Positions 50,529-64,000 of a DNA stretch of 64,000 bases are shown here, piece by piece. The position numbers were made by a program, and so were the translations under genes. The notes under the pieces are model-generated. The model was not told where the DNA came from and did no database searches. It saw only the letters and a list, made by a program, of their open reading frames with translations. Source of the DNA: the human T2T-CHM13v2.0 reference genome, Homo sapiens; the NCBI RefSeq assembly GCF_009914755.1, contig NC_060948.1; one strand, written 5' to 3'. Numbering within the stretch: position 1 is the first letter of the stretch; the number at the start of each line of letters is the position of its first letter.

Positions 50529-51331
50529 ATTTCTGTTTAGATCTTTATGTTGAAATAAAGCTCACACATGAATGTGTTGCCTTGTTTTAAGTTTAGATTC
50601 TAGAAATAATCAAACAGGCAAAAGAACATGTAGACATTGGCTTTTATTACTTGAATAACTTCCAGTTACTTCTCTAAGCCATGTATTCTCGCTGTACAAA
50701 GGTCAGGCATGTATTCATCATGTAGTTTCCAAATCTAGAACCAATATTGCCAAAGTCATTCTGAGAATCCATTCTTGAAATAATCAATGTTCAGTGCATA
50801 ACTTATTCTAGATTGTTACCTAAACTTTTGTCAGTTAAGTTTGGAAAATAAGTCTCATTAATTGAATTCAACGCAGCATGATTTTACTTAAATATAGAAG
50901 CTCATGTTTTAAAAATCAGGTCTCTAACTAGGAGTTAATTACACAACATTGTGTGTGTGTGTGTATGTGTCTGTGTGTGTGTGTGTAAACATAATGTATT
51001 TTCTTTCATTTTGCATTTCAGATTTTTATCATTTGATTGTCTTAATTGTTCAAATTCTTATTAAGCAAGGAGCAGGACATCAATTGCCTTATTACTACAG
51101 CTTATTCAGAAGGGAGTTTTAGGGCAAGAGTAAAACAGGAATCTCTGTAAAATATAAATCTTTATGGATATATAATTGAAGTCATCTTCTGGTAATGACA
51201 AGTAGACTAAAGCTGCCTCTAAATACATAGAGACAGAATTGCCTCTGAAGTGTATGTTTATAGCTGATAAAGATGGTCAGTTTCAGTTATCCAGACAATG
51301 ATCTGAATTGTGGCAGATTAAACTAGGTTTT

Positions 51332-51632
51332 TAGGCAGGGTTCAGTGGCTCATGCCTGTAACAATAACACATTGGGAGGCCAAGGCAGGAGTATTCCTTG
51401 AGCCCACAAGTTCAAAACCAGCCTGGGCAATATAGGGAGAACCCATGTCTCCAAAAAATAAAAATAAAAATATTAGCCAGACATAGTGGCACAACTGTAG
51501 TCCCAGCTACTTAGGAAATTGAGGTGGGAGAATCACTTGAGCCCAGGTGGTTGAGGCTACAGGGAGTTATGATCCCATCACTGCACTCCAGTCTGGGCCC
51601 CAGAGTAATACCTTGTCTCAAAAGAAAAAAAG
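51332..51632 (+). mobile_element. AluJ element
   Basis: ccttgagccca..gttgaggctacagggagttatgatc. Confidence 0.85.
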
Positions 51633-53429
51633 TATTTTTATATCTTTATTGTCCTATCAACCAAAATATTTACACAGGCACATATGAATAAAATAGTCTC
51701 TCTTTCTTTCTGTAAATATATTCTGATAGCATACATACACACAAATAAAAGGACATATACATGTAAACACATATCAACATACATCCTTCCTATATTACCT
51801 TGAAAATTGTTGATTATCTTTAAGTGGCTACTGTCTTCACCTTTCTACTGCATACAGAAAACTCTGAGGTGCAGCTTGACTGAAAAGAGTATTAGCATTT
51901 GGAGTTTTTGTGTTTATGGTATTCGATCTAGGATTTGTGCATTTTATTGGAGTAAAATTATATAAAGTTTGTGGAACTTCAATGTATAATCCAATGAGCT
52001 TATAAATGTAAATGTTTCTATTCATGTGAAAACATGAATAGTGTTCAACTGAAGTCTTTAGTGAATGTGTTGTTTTTTGCATAAAAGTGTATTTATGGGA
52101 ATTGTAGATTGTTTGTCGTAAAAGAAACTGCCTGATTTACATAGCTATTGTGCCATTTTACACCCTTACCAGTAAGAACTGAAGTAATTTATGTCTTCTC
52201 CAACTCTTCATATTGATAATTTGCTAATTTCAGCCATTTTATTGGGTTCATGGTGGTGTACCATGTTTCTTTTAATTTTTACTTTGTTAATAAGTACTGA
52301 TAATGAGAATCATTTCAAGAGTGTGGTGGACAGCCCTATATCATTCTTCCCACATGTGTCTATTTAACATTTTTGTTCCATTTTGAATTATGTCTTTATT
52401 ATTGATATATATTAAGTTTGTGTGAAATATGACTATGAGTTAATTCTCAGGCATTTGTACTACAAATATATTTGCTCATATTGTGCCTTGTCTTTTTATT
52501 TGTTTAATTTTCCTTTGGATAAAAAGTTTTAAACTGTGATGTCTGTAGTTTATATTGTTATTATAAGATTAGTATTCTGCTTCGAAAATCTTTGCCTGTT
52601 CCCAAGTTGCAAAGACATTCTCCCATGTCATCTTCTAGTTTTGTTTACTTTTTATTTTCATTTTTGTCTTTTTTATTTCAGTCTACAAATCATTCTGAGT
52701 TTATTTTAGGGGACAGTTTAAAATATAGATGAAGATGCACATTTTCTGTGCTAGGGAATCCAATCCCAGCCATTAAAACCTCTCACCATTCCCCATTGAT
52801 TTGTGTGATGCAATTGTCAAAATTGTTTGAGTATGAGTGGGTTAATTTCTGAACTACTGACTCTATTCTATCAGTCTCTATTCTATAAGACTCTGTGTAT
52901 CCTTATACCGTACCATGCTGTCTTCACAACTGTAATTTCATAATTCATTTAAAATCAGGTCAAATAATTACTTTCTTTATTTTGACTTTTTTCGGGCAAC
53001 TCTAGATCCTTTATACTTACATTAAATTTTAGTTTCAGCTTCCCAATATCTGCAAAAGAGTCTTCTGCATATTTCATTTCATTTGTTTGGAATCTATAGA
53101 TCACTTTAGGGATACTTAGGGCTTCTATAATTCAAGTTGGCACTATTGTGCAGTTTTCACAATAGAGGTTTTTGACAATTTTCTTAAATGTATTTTAGAT
53201 GCATTGTGTCTTGATGCCATTGTACACAGAAGTGATTTACAATCAATTGTAAATGGAATTGAATCACATATGGTGATTTTTTATTAGTAGAATATAGAAA
53301 ATTTGCAGCCTAGGAACTTGTAGAACTCATTTATAGGATCCAGCAGTTTGATTATAGATTTCTTTGAATTTTCTACATGTATAAAGCCACCTGTGAATAA
53401 TCTTTTTTCTTCATTCTCAACCTTTTTTC

Positions 53430-53677
53430 AATCATCTATCTCTATCTGTCTATGTATCTATCATCTAGCATGTCTACTTATCCATTATCTATCATATCAT
53501 TTATCTGTATCTATAATATCTATTATCATTCCTTCTATCCATCTACTTATTATTATCTATTTTTATCTGAATATAATATTTCTGTATCCATGTATCCTCT
53601 ATCTACACATCATTAATTCTATCTGTTCATCCATCTAGGTATCTATAAATTATCATTTACATGTCTATTATCCACCC

Positions 53678-53733
<56 letters not shown>

Positions 53734-53750
53734 CTATCTATCTATCCATC
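53430..53750. repeat. (TATC)n degenerate array with a pure STR at 53680-53731
   Basis: About 13 perfect TATC units at the right end. Confidence 0.92.
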
Positions 53751-54959
53751 TAACTTCCTTTTTGTCTGTTTTGTACTATAAGTTCAAAACTTATAGAACT
53801 TCTTCTATAGATTTCATTTGAAGTGTTAAGAGGGACATCCTTCCTGGCATTCTCCCCAATTTTAGGATAGAATATTTAACCTTATAATGTGATGTTAGGT
53901 GAAGGCTTCTTAAAGGTGTTCTTTATCCAGTTGGACTTTCTTTTCTATTTATACTCTGTTATTACTGAATGTGTGTGTTAAGTCATGAATATATGTTGGA
54001 TGTTGTGAATGGTTTTATCTCCATTTATCGAGATGATCATAGTAGTTTTCTCTTCTAATCTGCTAGTGATATGGTTAATTACACTTTTCTTAAAATGTCA
54101 AACCTACTTTGCATTCCTGGTATCAACCTCACAATATAATGAAACATTCTTTTTCGTATATTTAGCTAGATTCCATCTGCTAGAATTTTGAGGAGAATTC
54201 CTGCATCATCTATTGTCATGAGTGATACTAGTCTCTAAACTGCTTTCCTTAGAATGTACTTCTTTGGTTTTAGTGTTAGGATTATGCTGGATCCATTATT
54301 TTAAAAGTCTGGAAGTATTACTTCCTCCTTTTCTACAAATTAATTTGAGATTCTTTTAAAAAATATATTCAGTAGAATTCACTGGAGAATTCAAGTCAAG
54401 ACAAAGTGGTTGATTTTGGAGTGGGTTGGTGGGGTGAGGGGGGCAGCTGGCAGCAGCTAGCGGTTAACTATAAATTCAAGTTCTTTGACAGATATAGTGC
54501 TATTTGGGATATCTATTTTATGTGACACTGTTGGCAAATTGTGTTTTTAATAAAATCATTCATTTTACCTGTGTCATCAAAATTCTAAGAATAAAGTCAT
54601 TCATGATATTCTCTTACTATCTTTACGGAATTTACGGTAATATCCTCTCTTTCATTTTTGACTTTGGCAATCCTTTTTCTCTTTTTTTTCTTGATCAGTC
54701 TAACTAATAGCTTATCAACTTTATTGAGCTTTTCAAATAAACATTGTTAATGTTTCACTTTTCTAAGGTTTGGTTTTTTATATACTAACTATTTTCTCTC
54801 CTTTATTGACTTTTGTTCTCTTTTTGGCTTTATTCAGTGTTCCTTTCCTACATTCTAAAGTTTAAAGCCTAGATTGCTGATTTTAGATATTTTCTTTATT
54901 CAAAAATTGTAAGTATTTAAAGCCATCAATGTCTCTCTTCACATGATTTTAGATGTATT

Positions 54960-55273
54960 GCTTAAGTCTTGAAATACTGTGCCCTGGGAAGAATGAGGAC
55001 TGAGGTGGAGCCTCAGGAAGTTCATGCCATTTGCAGGGAGGAGAAGCCTGGCCCCTTCTCTTCCTGTGGAGAACTAAGGATTTGAAAGGCTGGGCAGAAG
55101 GTGCTCTAGCATGGATTCTGGCCTTGAAAGTGTCCCTGTTTCCCCTGTTATTCTTTTCACCCAATAAACCCTGTCTTACTCATTCTTCAAATCATCTGCC
55201 AGCCTAAATGTTTGTGGCCATGAGACGGACAAGTACCTCATCTTTAGCTGAACCACAGAAAAGTCCTGCAACA
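54960..55273 (+). mobile_element. ERV1 LTR fragment (LTR9-like)
   Basis: cccaataaaccctg ... tttagctgaac..aagtcctgcaaca. Confidence 0.55.
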
Positions 55274-55680
55274 CTTGCAAATTGTGTAAATTGTGGGATA
55301 TCATGCTTCATAAATATCTATTAAGATGACATGATTGATAATGTGGTTCAAATACTCTGTATTTTCCAACCTGAATCTACATGCTTAAGTTTTTGGGAAT
55401 TTTTTTTTTTTTTTGGTCAACTTGTTTTGAAATAGGATTGTCCCCATTTCCAACTTTAACAATGGATTTTTCTGTATCTGCCTTTATTTCTGTTAATTTT
55501 TGCTTTATTTTCTTTGAATATCTGTTTTTAGAGGCATACATATTTAGGATTTTTATATCCTCTTGGTAAGCTGACCCTTATAACTTTGAGAAATATTTCA
55601 ATTTATATCTGATTATACTCTTTGTTTAGAAGCCTATTTAATAAGGTATTACTTTGGCTAATCTGACTTGGCAGGTTATT

Positions 55681-56470
55681 TGTTACAAATAGAGTTTACA
55701 AAGCCATGCACTCTTACAAGTAACTGGACCTAGGAGAAGGATCAGTGGCCTAAACAAAGTTTGGTCAAGCAGAGAATCTTTGTCACTACCTCTCTTTGAA
55801 AGTGATACTGACCTATAGACTGTTCTTTTGGATAAACATATAAATTGACCTTTCTTAATGCTTGAAGCTTAAGTTTGTTTTATCTGAATTCCTTCTTCAG
55901 GATACAGCCTTCAGGCCTCTCAAAAAAAGTTTCACGCCAGTCACGTTGGCTGAAGCCTGTAATCCCAGCACTTCAGGAGGCGGAGGCTGGTGGATCACCT
56001 GAGGTCAGGAGTTCAAGACCATCCTGGCCAACATGGCTAAACCTTATCTCTACTAAAAATATAAAACTAAGCCAGGTATGGTGGTGTGCACCTGTAATCC
56101 CAGCTATTCAGGAGGCCAAGACAGGAGAATTTCTTGAACCTAGGAGGTGGATGTTGCAGTGAGCAAAGATCATGCGACTGCACCAGATCGCCACAGGTTG
56201 ACAATGAGATGATGGACTCCTCATTCATCATGATTACTTCCTTACCCTTCTCTAGTTCTTGTTTTCTTACACACAGTTACATTTCTTCCTTGCTATATAA
56301 AGTCCTACTTTCAGTTGTTCAGGGAGATGGATTTGAGACTGTGCTCTCATCCCCTTGGCTACAAGACATGATTAAAACCTTCTCCTTGGCAACATTTGAT
56401 GCCTCAGTGATTGGTTTTCTGTGTGGTGAGCAGCAGGAACAAGTCTGAACCCCTGGTGTTCTGGTAATGA
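55681..56470 (+). mobile_element. ERV1 MER4-group LTR containing a 3'-truncated AluS (55935-56185)
   Basis: TG start, TATA-like gctatataa, attaaa, end gaacccctggtgttctggtaa. Confidence 0.6.
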
Positions 56471-56634
56471 GCAGAAATCAATATCAACACATATTATAAA
56501 TACAGAAAGCTGTTTTGGTGGTTATAAATTATGGTTCAAGTCTAACCTTTTTTTGTCATAGTATGGGCTTTCAGATAAAATTTGGGAACCTCATTATATT
56601 GAGATATTCAATGAAAATACTGCAATATTTAATT

Positions 56635-57413
56635 TGAGGACTAAACTGTCACCTTTTTTTTCTTGTCTTGTCCAACTTTCTGTCTAAGAGGTCTGAGTAG
56701 TCATGCCTCACAAACCATAAAGTCTCATGAGAGAAGTTTTATTTAACCACCATATAACATAGCTTAGTTTCCAACCTGACTATGACATAATATCACAAAA
56801 CAGATAAAGAAGAAAATCAAAATATCTTAACCTTGAGTACGATTCTTTGGTATATCTTGAAATAGCCCTGCAAACTTGTCTTTTGTCAGGGGAAATCTAC
56901 ATTCTTTAGAAAATCCCTTTCTCTTTTCCAGGCCTTTTCCCTGATCCAGGGTCGAATCACCTAAGAGTCTGACACCTTTTTAAGTCTATTAAGAATAACT
57001 TAGAATCTATTCTCCCCAAAGCTTGCTACCTGGAAGCATCATCTGCATATTAAGGACGTTGGTCTCCACAATCCTTTGTCTTAACTCGACATATACTTTA
57101 TACTGATTCCAAGTGTTTAGATAAACTCTTTCAACCAACTGTCAATCCAAAAATCTTTGAGTTTGTTTCATACAACCTGGAAGCCCACAGCTTTCAGCTT
57201 TTCCACCTTTCCAGACCATTACAATGTACATCTTACCTATTTTGATTGTTGTCTTATGTCTTCCTAAAGTGTATAAAATCAAGCTGTACCTCAACCCCCT
57301 TGGACATGTTCTCTGGGTCTCCTGAGCACTGTGTCATGAGCAATTGGTTACTTATACTTGGCTGAAAATAAATTTATGCAAATATTTTACAGAGTTGATT
57401 CTTTTCATGAACA
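56635..57413 (+). mobile_element. MER4D-type solo LTR
   Basis: Starts tgaggactaaactg; ends aataaatttatgcaaatattttacagagttgattcttttcatgaaca. Confidence 0.8.
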
Positions 57414-57633
57414 AAATGAATAAAACAAGCTGACTTGCAGTAAGGCCCTTACTTTTATTAATTGCAGGGGCATTGCTTTAACTGACAATTATTCAGCTCT
57501 GAGGGTACCTTAAATCCTCTTATTCTAACAGCTTCTATGCCCAGGAGCTTTTTAAAATCCCTAGACATTTGCTCTACATGTGTCATGTCTTACACTTGCC
57601 CCTACAAAAACTCCATCTTGCATCCATTTTTCT

Positions 57634-57745
57634 TGTCACACACTTCTGTGTGGAGACCACCAAATAGGCTTTGCGTGATGCATAAAGCTTTTTAATCACG
57701 TGGGTGCAGGGGGGCTGAGTCCAAAAAGAGAGTCAGCTAAGGGAA
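57634..57745 (-). mobile_element. HERV-H 3' LTR (LTR7 family), R/U5 remnant
   Basis: gagaccaccaaataggctttg..aaagctttttaatcac..gggtgcagg..gctgagtccaaaaagagagtcagc. Confidence 0.88.
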
Positions 57746-59166
57746 TTAGTTGAATGACACTTTTTTGTCTTGTTGGTGTCATGAGGGGAACAGGAAGATT
57801 TTAGCTCTCAATTACAAATTGAATTTTGGGAGTCAAGGAAATTAGTGTACATGTGCCTATACAATTAGTAGGTAGATACATGTAGGTGGAAGAGCCACAG
57901 AGGAAGAAGGGATTTTTGTAAGGCAAAACTGGAAATGTAAAGAAAAAGATGAGAGGGAGCACCAAAAGAGGGCTCATGCACCCAGACTCTTAGGGATCTA
58001 GCAAGGGCAGCAGCTGTTAAGGGCTGTAATGGGGATTGATGGGGTAACTGGGTAGAGGGGGAGGTTTGATTTTTATGGTGTATAAGAAAGCACATAGTCG
58101 CTACAAGCAATCTTTCATTGCTATACATGGGGTTGTGTATAAGTAAACAAGAATGGGGGCTAGGAGGAGAGTCCGAAGAATAAGGGGAAGGTAGCCAAGG
58201 ATGGAGTGAAATGCAAGCAATAGTAACTGCTAATATTTTTAAGTTTATCAGTATTGATAGAAGGGTTATCTGTAATATGGAGCTGAAAAGCCCTAACGGT
58301 TTTGGTAATGTATATAGTTGGGCTTTGGGGATGAAGTGTGAAGGAGCATAGAAAAGGTGAAAGGTCGTCTAAGGGAATTCTAGTGGGTCTTTGCTGAGAG
58401 ATGAACAAAGGAGTGGCAACAGGGATAGTAGTTTGTGTTGTGAGGGGTCCAAATATGGGGGGATGGAACTGACATAAAAAGAAAGATGCTGTAAATAGAC
58501 ATGGAGAATTGTGGCAGCTTGTTGGTGTAAAATATCTGGGGATTTCTCACAAATCTGTCTAGGAAGTAAAGAAGTTCTTTAGGAGAGTAAAGATGAGGGC
58601 TGTTAAAGGAGGTTCAGAGATGTAGGTAAGACCAGGAGATATCAGCTATGATGGTTTGGAGAAAAAGTGTAATCTGGAAATGTAGACAAGGGCAGGGCAT
58701 TATGGGTAGATGAGAAAGAAGAATAGGAGTATGACTAGGCAGAAGATAGCAGGATTAAAAGTATTTGGGGTGCAATCCACGTAGTAGGGGTGACTGCGTA
58801 AAGCCCTGTTGTAAAGAATAGGGTAAGGAAGAATAGAAGTAACAAAATAAAAGGATGTATTAGACTCATAAGTGTTACTACTGTTCTTCAGAAATGCAGA
58901 TTAGTTTAAGAAAAGTAAGGGTGAGTACTTGCAACTTCCAGGAGGAAGAAGAGAGATCAGCTGGCTATCTGAGGGTCACAGCTTTCTTGTGGAATGGTGA
59001 ACACAACTGGGAGAGTACTACAGATGGACGGCCATTGGGGTATTATAGATGACTAGTACTACAGATGGACGGCCATTGGGGTATTATAGATGACTAAGTG
59101 GGTTCTAGTCCATCAAGGTTGTAGAGTTTGAGGGGTCAGATTCTTAACAAGAACTGATCATCCAGC
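57746..59166 (-). mobile_element. HERV-H internal sequence: env SU and pol 3' end, defective
   Basis: G-rich antisense HERV-H-like sequence; - strand reads PTRQKSVIQLIP (degenerate furin site); integrase C-terminal region near 59000. Confidence 0.75.
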
Positions 59167-63703
<4,537 letters not shown>

Positions 63704-64000
63704 CAGCTAGGGTGTCTTCATATGGCTGGGAATCTGGGGAGTAGGCAAAAGAAGGTTAGGAACCTCATGAACTTCCTGTCTATCCTGCTGGAGGACTGGA
63801 AGATAGTTGCCTAGAAGGCTGATGTCTGGAAGAAGGTTGCGGCTGAGCAAGACAGTGCATCAATATACAAGTTCAAATAGACTGTACCCTGTAGTATCTA
63901 GAGCACAGACTCTAATTCTGAGAAGGGCAAGAGTTAAAAGTACTGTCCAATCCTTTTTAAGTTGGAGGCTGCGCTTGGTGAATTGTGTTTTTAAAAGACC
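63704..64000 (-). mobile_element. HERV-H pol integrase region, continues beyond the window
   Basis: - strand reads GLLKTQFTKRSLQLKKDW.., and later YSLFELVY, gammaretroviral IN core motifs. Confidence 0.8.

Larger units (their letters stand above)
51900..55660 (-). mobile_element. Very old, degenerate L1M ORF2/3' region with nested repeats
   Basis: T-rich antisense L1 motifs (ttggaatctatagatcacttt, tttgcattcctgg, ttcttgatcagtcta). Confidence 0.65.

Overview
Gene-free, repeat-dense hominoid (human or great-ape) genomic DNA. I can support no host protein-coding gene, RNA gene or CRISPR array; the long ORFs come from a stop-poor satellite, L1 ORF2 or simple repeats. The left part holds about 9 kb of a ~29-bp satellite (unit ACACACTTCCTGTTTCTCCCCTGTGCAGG, rich in the ETS motif ACAGGAAGTG) in four blocks of alternating orientation, plus two very young AluY elements. 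The most striking observation is that the AluY at 2003-2373 has a split tail (A-tract, 32-nt tag, A-tract) inside one target-site duplication (TSD), and the tag is identical to the 3' flank of the AluY 2 kb away. This looks like an Alu 3' transduction or a chimeric insertion. The middle is a mosaic of Alu, L1 (one clear and one probable twin-primed element), MaLR/ERV LTRs, DNA transposons and minisatellites. The right end is a deleted HERV-W provirus (two LTR17, CAGC TSD, tRNA-Ile-type PBS) nested in a HERV-H provirus. A recurring theme is short, locally templated insertions, including a piece of HERV-H integrase inside the HERV-W 5' LTR. Repeat subfamily names come from my recollection of consensus sequences, and boundaries of old elements are approximate.
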